A stretch of DNA of 64,000 nucleotides from assembly GCA_963847185.1 (NCBI GenBank), contig CAWJYV010000010.1:544001-608000 (forward strand). Reading direction: 5' to 3'. A program made the translations under genes and the position numbers. Below the pieces are notes generated by a model that searched no databases, was not told where the DNA came from, and saw only the letters and a list, made by a program, of their open reading frames with translations. This DNA comes from an uncultured Methanosarcinaceae archaeon. GTDB taxonomy: Archaea; Halobacteriota; Methanosarcinia; Methanosarcinales; Methanosarcinaceae. Positions 23,442 through 33,477 of this stretch are shown here, one piece after another (the stretch's first letter is position 1; each line of letters opens with the position of its first letter).

Positions 23442-23612
23442 ATGACCTTTGTGAACGGATACACTTTCAAAAAAGTGAAAACTTCACATGGGCCTGACAT
23501 GTACGTATCCAGATTTGGGAAGCTGGTAAAGGTCGTTCCATGCAGTGCACATGTAGAGTTATCTGAAAGGTATACCAGTGACTTGATCCACCAGATCGAG
23601 ACACTGGAGTAA
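23442..23612 (+). CDS. 56-aa small protein (not in ORF track)
   Basis: GGAGGT RBS, then MTFVNGYTFKKVKTSHGPDMYVSRFGKLVKVVPCSAHVELSERYTSDLIHQIETLE*; T-rich tract downstream. Confidence 0.65.
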   Translation: MTFVNGYTFKKVKTSHGPDMYVSRFGKLVKVVPCSAHVELSERYTSDLIHQIETLE

Positions 23613-23920
23613 AATTTAAAACATTTTTCCGACTTTTATTTTTTGATTCGGACTCATTTTCATGAAAGCCCCTTTCCAGATCGAAGCCTATTCGGTCTGA
23701 CATTTTTTAAACTTTTTTCTTTCTATAAAAACCTTCCTCTTCTGTGAACTTTTTTTCTAAAGTTTTCATGATCCGGAATTCTCACACTTCATCATACCGT
23801 AATATTCGATATGGAGATATACTTTTAACTTTAAATCGGGTAAAAGAAACCTGGAAAAAAACTCTATAAAAAGAGATTCTTCAAAATAAAAGTCTTCTAA
23901 AAAAACGGGAGCTTTATACA

Positions 23921-24373
23921 ATGATTCAAAATTACAGTGTTCGAGATTGCAGAATTAGAAATTACAGGGAAACAGATCTTGATGAGATGGTGAAGATCTG
24001 GTACGATGCCTCAATTATAGCCCACTCCTTCATTCCGGCTTCTTTCTGGGCTTCGCAAAAAAATGCAATGAAGGAGAGGTATCTTCGATCTACAGAAAAC
24101 TTTGTTTTCGAAGAAAACGGGCGGGTTTCAGGATTTATTTCCCTTGCCGGAGATAAGGTATGTGCTCTCTTCGTTGAGCCGGAAATGCAGGGCAAAGGAA
24201 TCGGCAGAGCTCTTCTGGAGCATGCAAAAAATCTGAAAGGAAGGCTCTCTCTCATGGTCTATAGAGAAAACAAAAAAGCCATCTGTTTTTATAAAAAATG
24301 CGGCTTTGTTGAAGTCAATGAAGAAGTTGATGAGTTTACGGGCTGCATGCAGATACTTGTGGAATGGAAATGA
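23921..24373 (+). CDS. GNAT acetyltransferase (YiaC/YjaB-like)
   Basis: AHSFIP, ALFV...QGKGIG and N.KAICFYKKCGF motifs. Confidence 0.88.
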   Translation: MIQNYSVRDCRIRNYRETDLDEMVKIWYDASIIAHSFIPASFWASQKNAMKERYLRSTENFVFEENGRVSGFISLAGDKVCALFVEPEMQGKGIGRALLEHAKNLKGRLSLMVYRENKKAICFYKKCGFVEVNEEVDEFTGCMQILVEWK

Positions 24374-24426
24374 AATTGTTTATTATTCTATTTGTTTCAT
24401 TAATCTAATAACTTGAGGACATTTTT

Positions 24427-25401
24427 ATGAGTCGTGGTGAAAATAGTGAAATTCAAGAAGACGAATTCTCTTTGTCTGAGTTGCTCGTGCCGGCTACAGC
24501 AGAAGAAAAAGCAATAAAAAGCCTGCAAGGAAATGAGTATAAATACGGCGATTATCTGGGGACAATTGAATATTCGATTGCCAGGTATTTTTATGAGGAT
24601 AACAGAGAAATAAAGGACAAAGATGCAGTATCAGCATTAAAAAATATCAGAAATAACTGCGACAAAAAAATCTCTTTTTTTGAGCAGGACCTTGAAAAAG
24701 AAATTATAGAAAACCTGCTAGACCTTCTTGAAAGCGAGCCAATAAGCCATCACGAGTTTGAACTGGCAATTGACTACGTTTTAGAGGTTATCGACAACCG
24801 TTCATGGATGGAAGATGAACAGGCTTACCTGAAGTGGGTTACTTACGTCATGGGGCTTTTCACGGAAGAAGAGAGTGAAGAGTATGAAAAGAGCGTCAAG
24901 AAGCTTGCCGCTAAACTGGGCCTGTCCAGCAAACACGCAGATCTCATGCTTTTGAAAGGAAGCGAGGATGATTATTTCGAATTCGTAGAAAATTACGGGA
25001 CAGATGACGGAGATGATGACGGGGAAGAGCTGACTGAAGAAGAGCTGATTGACGAAATGGAACGGAAGTTCCTTTCACTGCCAGATGCCGAAAAATTTGA
25101 TTTCCTGATGGAAAACGGTCCGGAGTTTTATGAACTTGTAGGCCTTTATATCTCAGAACTTTCAGAAAAAGGCGAGTTTGAAAGAATCCAGGAACTTTAC
25201 AGAAACCTTATTGAAAAATATGATGACTTCCTTTACCTGTATGTTTATATGGGAGGGGTCTACGTCGAGGCCGATCCTGCTCTTGCAAAATTCTATTTCG
25301 AAAAAGCCCTGAAAACCCTGGATAAACTCGATGACCTTTCGGACTCTACCAAAGAAGTGTTAAGAGCCAACTTCCTCGACCTGATAGCTAGAATAAAATG
25401 A
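24427..25401 (+). CDS. Acidic hypothetical protein, paralog of 25956..27059
   Basis: 324-aa ORF; shared blocks YLG.IE, ALKNI, NRSW.ED.QAY.KW and DPALAK.YF. Confidence 0.8.
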   Translation: MSRGENSEIQEDEFSLSELLVPATAEEKAIKSLQGNEYKYGDYLGTIEYSIARYFYEDNREIKDKDAVSALKNIRNNCDKKISFFEQDLEKEIIENLLDLLESEPISHHEFELAIDYVLEVIDNRSWMEDEQAYLKWVTYVMGLFTEEESEEYEKSVKKLAAKLGLSSKHADLMLLKGSEDDYFEFVENYGTDDGDDDGEELTEEELIDEMERKFLSLPDAEKFDFLMENGPEFYELVGLYISELSEKGEFERIQELYRNLIEKYDDFLYLYVYMGGVYVEADPALAKFYFEKALKTLDKLDDLSDSTKEVLRANFLDLIARIK

Positions 25402-25513
25402 CTATAACAAAGCAGAAATTCCACTATTTCAGCAGGCAGAAAAAGGTAATAAAGACCTGAAGGCGGATACGATCAATAAAAAACAAGACGGCATAATTAG
25501 AGCCGTCTTTAAC

Positions 25514-25545
25514 GTGTCCTGTCACGCTCGAAGAGCGGCCTTTCA
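25514..25545 (+). repeat. Hairpin element, short-loop variant
   Basis: cctgtcacGCTC-gaa-GAGCggcctttc, similar to the copies at 27384 and 50901. Confidence 0.6.
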
Positions 25546-25735
25546 CGGCCGGCTTTACGGCGGACTCACAATCGAACAGATCAAATCCAAAATGGTCTCA
25601 GAAAGAAGAAATGAATTAATCGCTGAAACCTTCCATGAAATACACCTTATAGAAAAATGGGGTCGCGGAATAAACACTATCCTTACAAAAGATTTTGCCG
25701 GTAATATCACAAAAGAAGATGAAATTACAATGTAG
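25546..25735 (+). pseudogene. Internal fragment of an ATP-binding/RecG-C-terminal-like (HATPase_c_4) protein
   Basis: GRLYGGLTIEQI...SERRNELIAETFHEIHLIEKWGRGI; no N-terminus, begins directly at the hairpin element. Confidence 0.65.
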
Positions 25736-25955
25736 ACTGCATCCAGACCATTTAAATTATTATATATAAATTATTATATACTAGCTTGATTTCAACTTAC
25801 TCCACAAAAATCCTGAGTTGTTCCTATCCGGCCCTGTTTTATAGTTGAAAAAACGAGCATGACTGAAGGAAAATCCCAGTTCAACCACGTAAAAATAAAT
25901 TACATTCATCCGTCCATGTCATTAGAAATCAATATAAATCAATAATCAGAGAGGA

Positions 25956-27059
25956 TTGTTTATGAGTCCTGACGATAACAATCAATTTGTTGAAGACGAT
26001 CTGTCCTTGTCCGAATTTTTAGTGCCGGAGACTCCTGAGATAAAGGAAATGAAAAGCATTTACGAGAATGAGTATGAGTACAGCGAATATCTGGGTGCAA
26101 TAGAGTTTGCGGTTGCCGATTATTACTATAACGAGAACCGTAAAGTAACGGACAAAGATGTAATAAATGCATTAAAAAATATAAAGCAGAACCGCGACAA
26201 GCCAATCAGTTTCTTTGAAAAATCCCTTGAAAAAGAAATTGTAAAAAACCTGGCCGAACCTCTTGAGGAAAACCTGCTTACCAACCATGAATTCACTCTT
26301 GTCCTTGACTATGTTTTGTGGGTCATTGAAAACAGATCCTGGCTGGAGGACAAACAGGCCTACGTGAAGTGGATCACGTACGCGCTTGACTTTTTTTCAG
26401 AGGAAGAAGAGAAAAAATACGAAAGCAAATTCAAAAAATTTGCACGTAAAGTGGGCGTATCCGGGGCTCAGGTTGAAATGCTCCTCATGAAAAGAGGTGC
26501 TGAAGATTTCCTCGACGATTTGGATTTTTTTGGAGAGGGGAGCTTATTTAAAGACCTGCCGTTAGAGGATATTTTTGAAAAGGACAGGGTAGCAGATGAC
26601 CTTGAAACCGGTTTCTTTTTAATGACCGATGACGAAAAATTTGATTTTCTGCTGGACAAAGGTACGGATTATATGGAACTTATGCAGGATTATCTTCTGG
26701 AACTTATGGATAAAGAAGACTTTGATAAAATCCAGGAATTTTACAAGAAGTTCAATGAAAAGCACAGAAACTTCTCTCCCCTTCAGATTATGGTTGGAAA
26801 CGTTTATGCTGAGAAAGATCCTGCTCTTGCAAAATCTTATTTTGATGAAGCCCTAAGATCCATACAGGAATCAAAAGAGTTCCCTGAGGAAATAAAAAAG
26901 GAACTGATGAGTCAGATTAACCATCTAGCAAGCCTTCTCTTTGAAGAATCCGCTGAAATAGTTGAGGAAAAAGCAAGTGAAGGCAAAAAAGGCAAAAAGA
27001 CAAGCAAAAGCGGAAGAAAAACTTCAACAAAGGATTCTGAAAGCAAAACAGATAATTAA
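25956..27059 (+). CDS. Acidic hypothetical protein with TPR-like C-terminus and basic tail
   Basis: 367-aa ORF, paralog of 24427..25401. Confidence 0.8.
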   Translation: MFMSPDDNNQFVEDDLSLSEFLVPETPEIKEMKSIYENEYEYSEYLGAIEFAVADYYYNENRKVTDKDVINALKNIKQNRDKPISFFEKSLEKEIVKNLAEPLEENLLTNHEFTLVLDYVLWVIENRSWLEDKQAYVKWITYALDFFSEEEEKKYESKFKKFARKVGVSGAQVEMLLMKRGAEDFLDDLDFFGEGSLFKDLPLEDIFEKDRVADDLETGFFLMTDDEKFDFLLDKGTDYMELMQDYLLELMDKEDFDKIQEFYKKFNEKHRNFSPLQIMVGNVYAEKDPALAKSYFDEALRSIQESKEFPEEIKKELMSQINHLASLLFEESAEIVEEKASEGKKGKKTSKSGRKTSTKDSESKTDN

Positions 27060-27081
27060 TTCTTATTTTGTAACTATATAA

Positions 27082-27200
27082 TAATCCAGATTATCATATT
27101 TTTCAATTTTATGTAATCCTATTACAAATTTCTCAATTTTATGTTAATCCTGATTAGCATCTTCCTCAATTTTCATTAATCCAGATTAACATATTCTTTA
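27082..27200. repeat. ~32-bp degenerate tandem repeat (about 3.5 units)
   Basis: taatccagattatcatatttttcaattttatg-like units start at 27082, 27114, 27145 and 27178. Confidence 0.6.
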
Positions 27201-27383
27201 ATCATGCCGGTCCACCCGCAAGAACTTCAGTGCCAGTAATTTAATAGAAAACCCAAAATTTATAGAAAAGAAAACTTTTTCCTGATCATACGCCACCCAA
27301 CAATGTATAAGTGGATTACAAAGAGGGCAAGAAGAACAGATTTAACAAATCAAAAATAAAGAAGCAGTATTAGCTGCCCCATG

Positions 27384-27425
27384 TCGTTTTTGTCACGCTC
27401 GACGCAGGAGAGCGGTCTTTTCCGT
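27384..27425 (+). repeat. Hairpin element copy
   Basis: 26-bp core ACGCTCGACGCAGGAGAGCGGTCTTT (27395-27420) is identical to 50912-50937. Confidence 0.8.
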
Positions 27426-27550
27426 GAAATCACAAAAGGGAAAGGCACAACTAAAAAGTAGCATGTTTTAATGAAATGAAAAGATCCACTCTGATATCTG
27501 TTTAAGTAAAAAATACATGAAATTAATAAAAACGATACGGGGAAAAGAAA

Positions 27551-27618
27551 TTGGCTTCTGAAGCAAAATTCAAAGAAACCGGATCAGAATGATTCCGGAA
27601 GAATGGAATATTGGGTGA
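27551..27618 (+). pseudogene. Possible remnant of a type I restriction specificity subunit (HsdS) N-terminus
   Basis: ASEAKFKETG/RMIPEEWNIG* (one frameshift) resembles the FKxTEIGxIPEEW start of HsdS proteins. Confidence 0.45.
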
Positions 27619-28336
27619 TGTGTATGAGTCATTGAGAACGGAAGTATAAGATTCTCTTAATATTTTTCTCAAAGACGGAAAATGTACTCATTTTTCCGGA
27701 ATAGATTAATAACTGGTGTACATGATCACTTTTTAACATAGTTATTACTTCAGCATTTTTTAATTTCGAGACCCAGTCGATCTTACTTTTTAATTAAATC
27801 TCATAACTTTAGGTTAACGAGAAGCTTTTTTTGCCCGAGAATTTTGCGGTTTGCCTGAGATATGATTCTTATCAGAGATATGTAATTCAGGCATGCAACC
27901 AAAATATTTAAATATAATGAATACTAACTATAGGGTAGTAACTGAAGAACAATAACTATCTTACAGTAACTATCAAATAGTGACCGTAAGGTTATGTCCA
28001 TCAGTTATCTGTCAACCAATATGCGAACAGACAAAAGGCAAAAGTATACACCTCCGAAAAACGGATTTAGCCCCCCTATAAAAAGAGAGTATGGGAGTTT
28101 CAACTCTCATTTGCCATGCCTGTGAGAGGCGGAAAGTAAATTAAACAGGCTCTCACTCAGATCGTAGCCGGATCCCCGTGTCTTGCAGGCAGCTTTCTGT
28201 ATACTTAATCTAACTGGAAAAACTAAACAATAGAGTTTTCACCTTGCAATTTGAATCACATAAGAACCCAGGAAGGCCTGAAAAGCCCATGTTTTGACTC
28301 AGAAAAATCCTGGATAATACAAGGAGGAATATCTGC

Positions 28337-28795
28337 ATGAAATTACCAATAAAAAGACCATCTCGTGACGTATACAGTTGGGACCCGTTTGATGAAGTAA
28401 GAAGAATGCAGGATTACATGGAACAGATGTTCAGGACATTCCCTGCACTGGAAAGCCGGTTAGGAAGCGAAACCCTTTCCCCGCTAACAGATGTGGTGGA
28501 AGAAGGGGATAAGGTGCTTGTTACAACCGATCTGCCCGGAATTGACAAAGAAAACGTCGAGCTGAGCCTCAAAGATAATGTTCTTGTAGTCAGTGCGCAG
28601 AAAGGAAAAGAAGAAGAATCCGAAAAAGAAGGCTATCTCAGAAAAGAGAGATCTTTCATGCGCTATTACCGTGAAATCCCTCTTCCCGACAGCGTAACCG
28701 AAGAAGGGGCAACCGCTCAGCTCAAAAATGGGGTCTTAACAGTCACCCTGCCAAAAACAAAATTAGTTACTCAAAGGAAGATTCAGATTGAGTAA
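28337..28795 (+). CDS. Small heat shock protein Hsp20
   Basis: WDPFDE, DLPGIDKE, ERSF and A.LKNGVLTVTLPK motifs; GGAGG RBS. Confidence 0.93.
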   Translation: MKLPIKRPSRDVYSWDPFDEVRRMQDYMEQMFRTFPALESRLGSETLSPLTDVVEEGDKVLVTTDLPGIDKENVELSLKDNVLVVSAQKGKEEESEKEGYLRKERSFMRYYREIPLPDSVTEEGATAQLKNGVLTVTLPKTKLVTQRKIQIE

Positions 28796-28837
28796 TCTTA
28801 CACAAAGACCAGGTAAGCTTAAATGGCTAAAAGGGAT

Positions 28838-28883
28838 GCCTGCGGGCAAACTCAGAAAATCCTGATTGAGAAAGCCCGCAGGC
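28838..28883. terminator. GC-rich stem-loop between convergent genes
   Basis: 10-bp perfect inverted repeat gcctgcgggc / gcccgcaggc. Confidence 0.5.
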
Positions 28884-28971
28884 TGTTCTCAATTAGCTTC
28901 TCAACAAATATTTCAATTAACTTGTCAATAGGTAAAAATTTAAAAGTTTTCAATTGAATGCTTTCTATATT

Positions 28972-29580
28972 TTATTCACTTGAGTATTTTTCCTCAATAA
29001 CTTCTCCCTGTGGATCTTTTTCCTTGAATATCTGTCCTTCGAAACAGTGAACTTCAGCTCCTTTGAGCCAGGCATCCGGAGAAAGGCCGGCTTTCATGCA
29101 GGTATGCCCCAGAAAGTCAATAGGATCCATATTATTCTCAGGAGCAACCTGAGGTAGCAGAAGTCCCTGACAGTATCCCTGTTTTACAATGAGACCATGC
29201 TTTCCAATCTCTATAAGGTTGGGCAGCTCTTTTGGAGGGGCATTGATTTTTTCAGGAGGGGTAAGAATAGTTACCTCAACAACAATATTATCCAGCTCGT
29301 CTTCTTCCAGAGACGGAAACCGAGGGTCGTTAATCGCCGCAGAGATTGCAGAATCCATAATCGCCTCCTCAAGTGCGGAATCAGGAAAAGGATGTCCTAT
29401 ACAACCCCTTAAAAGTCCTTTTTCCGTGAGTGTGACGAAAACTCCCCTTTTCTCCTTGAAAACCGGCGAAAGCTCAAAACCTAATTCTTTAGCTTCCGGA
29501 AGTCTTTCCTCAGATAGGAACAACTCAATTGTCTTCCTTGCAAGTTTGACTGCATTTCTGCCTTCTGTTTCTGTAAGCAT
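28972..29580 (-). CDS. AMMECR1-domain protein (AmmeMemoRadiSam protein A-like)
   Basis: GVFVTL...LRGCIG, DPRF and GLLLPQV motifs. Confidence 0.9.
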   Translation of the reverse strand: MLTETEGRNAVKLARKTIELFLSEERLPEAKELGFELSPVFKEKRGVFVTLTEKGLLRGCIGHPFPDSALEEAIMDSAISAAINDPRFPSLEEDELDNIVVEVTILTPPEKINAPPKELPNLIEIGKHGLIVKQGYCQGLLLPQVAPENNMDPIDFLGHTCMKAGLSPDAWLKGAEVHCFEGQIFKEKDPQGEVIEEKYSSE

Positions 29581-29838
29581 GCTTGAACCAACACCTGTAT
29601 TTTAGGCCCTTTTAACTGTATTCTTTTAGGCCTGTGTTTGTAGTACCTGTAAAATTAGTCACTTAACTACGGATATTAACCAATAATAGCCATATTATCA
29701 GCTACCGGTTAATGACAATATGTGTATGAAACCGGTATAACAGTATGTTTATTGATCTGGTTAAAGTACGTTTCCTGAACATTATTTCTAAGAAACCAGA
29801 AGATGACTGGAAAACAAAAATGATTGGGGAACAAAAAC

Positions 29839-29995
29839 TACTAAGGGACCAGATAAATGAGAATCGGAAGCTTACTAAGGGACCAGATAAATGAGAATCG
29901 GAAGACTACTAAGGGATCAGATAAGTGGGAAGCGGAAGATTACTGAAGAATCAGATGAGTGAGAGGTCAAGTTACTAGAGAATCTACTAATGAGA
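29839..29995. repeat. 34-bp tandem repeat, progressively degenerate
   Basis: tactaagggaccagataaatgagaatcggaag(ct/ac) units at 29839, 29873, 29907, 29941 and a partial one at 29973. Confidence 0.8.
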
Positions 29996-30179
29996 CCGAG
30001 TAAGAATCGAGTAAAAATCGAGTAGAAACCAAAATTCAAAAAATATAAAAAATGAAAAAGTTATTTTTTACAAAATAGATAGTCGGCAGGAAAGGACTGC
30101 CGAATAGGACAATTTACTGTAAGTAGGATTTCAGGAATTATATCAGGAAGTACAATTCTTACCCCAAGAAGCACAAATC

Positions 30180-31418
30180 TTATAATTTTTTAGCTTCCTG
30201 ATATTTTTTAGCTGCAGCCTTTAGAGCCTCTACACCTGGAAGTTTTACCCCGGCAAGATAATCAATGCATGCTCCGCCACCTGTGCTGATGTGGGAAAAA
30301 CGGTGTTCAAGGCCCAGATGGGAAACTTCTGCCGAGATGTGCCCACCGCCAATAATCGAAAAATCAGATTTAATCGCAGCTTTTATTATTTCGTGGGTTC
30401 CAAGGGCAAAATCAGCAATCTCGGAAACACCCGCAGGGCCGTTTAAGATAACGGTCTTTGCATTTGCGATTTCATTGGTGAAGTCTACTATGGTTTCAAG
30501 TCCGATATCATTTATAGGAAGAGAATTCGAATTGAGTTCCGATACCTGCACTTCAACCCGCTTCTTATTATCGTTTAAGGCTACGTCCTTTGGAAGGCCA
30601 ACTTTGCCATTAAATCTCTCGAGTATACTTTTTGCCTTTTCTATCTGGTTTTCGTAACCCTGGGATTTAATGAAATCCATATTAGCTTTTCCGATGTCTA
30701 CTCCGGACGCTGCAAGAGCCACGTTTGCAATCACTCCTGTCAGGAGTACCCTGTCAGCCCCTCCTTTTGCAAGGACGTTTTCCGAGACTCTAAGAGAATC
30801 ATCCACCTTTGCTCCCCCGAGTACGAAAATAGTCGGGCTTTCTCCGCCTTTGACTCCTCTGTCAAGGGAAACAATCTCTTTTTCCATTACTCTCCCGGCT
30901 CCTGAAGGTAAAGCCTCAGTAAAACCTACTACGGAAAGGTGAGATCTGTGAGATACAGCAAAGGCATCGTTAAGGAAAATATCTACAAAAGGCTCAAGCT
31001 TCTTGACCGGGAAAGTCCTTGCTTGTTCTTCTGCTGGTCTTTCCAGGCTTTCTTCAGAATAGAACCTTACATTTTCAAGCAAAATGACATCACCGTTTTC
31101 CATAGAGGCGATCTGGGTCTTTGCATAAGTTCCGAAGATATCATCCACATAACGGACCTGTCTGCCCAGGTGTTTGGACATCAGGTGGGCGTGAGGTTTC
31201 ATTGTTGTGAAGTCTTTTTTCCCGGGCCTGCTCTGGTGCGCAAGTAAAACGACTTTAGAATTCTCCAGATCCTTTAAAGTGGCAATGTGGCTCCGGATAC
31301 GCATATCGTCCAGAATGTTGCCCTGGGGATCCATAGGAGAGTTCAGGTCAACTCTTACAAGAACTGTCTTTCCATCTGTGTCAAAATCATCGATCGTAAG
31401 AAAATTTCTAGAAGTCAT
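30180..31418 (-). CDS. pgk: Phosphoglycerate kinase
   Basis: VRVDLNSP, LLENVRF, NDAF..SHRSH.S, GGAKVDD and ISTGGGA motifs. Confidence 0.95.
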   Translation of the reverse strand: MTSRNFLTIDDFDTDGKTVLVRVDLNSPMDPQGNILDDMRIRSHIATLKDLENSKVVLLAHQSRPGKKDFTTMKPHAHLMSKHLGRQVRYVDDIFGTYAKTQIASMENGDVILLENVRFYSEESLERPAEEQARTFPVKKLEPFVDIFLNDAFAVSHRSHLSVVGFTEALPSGAGRVMEKEIVSLDRGVKGGESPTIFVLGGAKVDDSLRVSENVLAKGGADRVLLTGVIANVALAASGVDIGKANMDFIKSQGYENQIEKAKSILERFNGKVGLPKDVALNDNKKRVEVQVSELNSNSLPINDIGLETIVDFTNEIANAKTVILNGPAGVSEIADFALGTHEIIKAAIKSDFSIIGGGHISAEVSHLGLEHRFSHISTGGGACIDYLAGVKLPGVEALKAAAKKYQEAKKL

Positions 31419-31686
31419 GTACCCTCAGCACACCTTTGTGAATAATTTATATATAGATTGATGAATATTAGCTGGATAATAACATCTTGGATAATTTTTT
31501 CTTTAAATAAATAATGATTATTTTGTCATGGAATTTTTTCCTTAAATAAGTTTGTTTTATTAAGCCTCATTTGATGGATTGTGATTTTTATAGGGAAATC
31601 TCTAAGAAAATGATTAACACTTCAACCCCTTTATCTTAGAAAAAAGACGTGCCATCAGGAAAAAATATTAAAGAAGGTAGAAAGCG

Positions 31687-32280
31687 ATGACATATGAAAA
31701 AGAAAAGCGCGGAGAATTTGAAGAGAGAGTCAGAACAATGGTGGAGGCCGGATATGAGACTGTCGCAAGGGAAGCAATAGCCTGTACTCGATGTCAACTC
31801 CATAAAAGTGCAATCAAAAGAGTAATAGGAAAGGGATCCTGCAATCCAAAAGTGTTCTTTATAGGAGAAGCGCCTGGTGAAAGTGAAAACAAGTCCGGAA
31901 TTCCATTCTATGGGAGGGCAGGAAAAAAACTGGACAAAATGATCGAATATATGGGACTTTCTGATGAGGATTGGATGGTAACCAATACTGTCAAATGTCA
32001 TCCTCCTGAAAACAGGAAACCCAAAATAGATGAGATTGAATGCTGCAAGCCCTTTCTTCTTGCCCAGATAATCCTGCTAAACCCGAGAATAATAATTCTC
32101 CTTGGCAATACAGCTGAAAGATCCTACTGTCCTGAAAAAAAACTGGAATGGGGAGTTCCTGTAGAACACGAAGGAAGGACAATCCTGAAACTTTATCATC
32201 CTGCAGCTCTTATTTACACAGCTTCGAAGATAGAGGTTCAGCGCGCTTTTATTGATAAAAACAGGGATCTCTGGGCGTAA
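31687..32280 (+). CDS. Uracil-DNA glycosylase family 4 (Fe-S)
   Basis: CTRCQLH, IGEAPG, PFYGRAG, NTVKCHPP.NR.P and YHPAA motifs. Confidence 0.9.
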   Translation: MTYEKEKRGEFEERVRTMVEAGYETVAREAIACTRCQLHKSAIKRVIGKGSCNPKVFFIGEAPGESENKSGIPFYGRAGKKLDKMIEYMGLSDEDWMVTNTVKCHPPENRKPKIDEIECCKPFLLAQIILLNPRIIILLGNTAERSYCPEKKLEWGVPVEHEGRTILKLYHPAALIYTASKIEVQRAFIDKNRDLWA

Positions 32281-32453
32281 GAAGCCCTCAGGTATAGAGG
32301 ACATCCAGCCTGGAAAAAGATAGATGAAGGCAAAAAAGAGATCTAAAATCGTTATCATTAAGCTGAAAAACTTTTTTAGCTCATAAAGTATAAATAAAAC
32401 GATCCGGCAATTATTATTTGGACTCATTTTATAATATCTTGGGAGGGGTGAGT

Positions 32454-32750
32454 ATGTCGATGGTGAAAATGACACCTGACGTGTTTTCATGTTCTGACGA
32501 TATGGGAAATCTGGAAATTCAAATTAATATGATAGGGGTAAAAAAAGAAAATATCGAGTTAAAGATGGTTGAGAACGGTTTTTTTATAAGAGCAAAAAGA
32601 GAAGAAACCGGAGTTGAATATGTCGGGACTTATGCTTTCTGCTGTGCTGTTGTCCCTGAGAAAGCTGTTGCGAGGTACTGTGATGGAAAACTCCTTGTGA
32701 CTGTACCTTACAGGGAACCCACAAAAACCCTGGATGTCAAAATCCAGTAA
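32454..32750 (+). CDS. Hsp20/alpha-crystallin-like protein
   Basis: GVKKENIEL and A.YCDGKLLVTVP motifs; GGAGGGGTGA RBS. Confidence 0.75.
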   Translation: MSMVKMTPDVFSCSDDMGNLEIQINMIGVKKENIELKMVENGFFIRAKREETGVEYVGTYAFCCAVVPEKAVARYCDGKLLVTVPYREPTKTLDVKIQ

Positions 32751-32838
32751 AAAACTATGATCAAACTGAGATTAGCAATCAAAGCCAGCTCCTGAATTTT
32801 AAATATATCATTTATAGGAGAAATGAGACGGAGGAAAA

Positions 32839-33033
32839 ATGTATCCAGTAATAGATTATAACAAGTGTACCGGGGCTCTCGCTTGCTATGAGGTCTGTCC
32901 TGCAGAAGTTTTTGATGTTCAAGAAATAGATAAGGTGAAAAGGGGACTTGTAGCCCGTCCGGAAAACTGCATAGAGTGCGATCAATGTGTGGAAGCCTGT
33001 CCTGAAAACGCTATCAAACTTGTTGAAGACTGA
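32839..33033 (+). CDS. Dicluster ferredoxin
   Basis: CTGALACYEVCP and CIECDQCVEACP motifs. Confidence 0.9.
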   Translation: MYPVIDYNKCTGALACYEVCPAEVFDVQEIDKVKRGLVARPENCIECDQCVEACPENAIKLVED

Positions 33034-33049
33034 CTTCTCCTAAAAAAAA

Positions 33050-33256
33050 GTGGTGAAAAAAGTGCATCCCAGAATTGATTATAACAAATGTGTCGGCTCA
33101 CTTGAATGCTATGATATCTGTCCTGTAGATGTTTTTGACGCAGAAGAAACAGAAGATGGGAAAAGAGCAGTAGTAGTACGTCCTGAAGACTGCATAGAGT
33201 GCGAACAGTGTATACAGGTCTGCCCGACAGATGCAATAGTACTGATAGAAGATTAA
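33050..33256 (+). CDS. Dicluster ferredoxin (tandem paralog)
   Basis: CVGSLECYDICP and CIECEQCIQVCP motifs. Confidence 0.9.
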   Translation: MVKKVHPRIDYNKCVGSLECYDICPVDVFDAEETEDGKRAVVVRPEDCIECEQCIQVCPTDAIVLIED

Positions 33257-33477
33257 GTTAGTATTATGCCTGTAAAGATTATTTGGTGTTAAACTTATTC
33301 TATGTTAAGCTTATTCATTAGTGTTTTATCCGGAAATATTGGAAAATTTGGTTAAATCTTTGATTCCAAAATGCTCGATTTCTACAAATTGTGTATCGTA
33401 TGCTTCTTTTCTGGATAAAACACCCTTTCTATGAATTGACTTCTAATTTCGTTTTTTACTAATTTTTCATATCTTTT

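Noticed and set aside
29839-29995. 34-bp repeats as a possible CRISPR array
   Set aside because: Units are head-to-tail with no unique spacers, and no cas genes are nearby.
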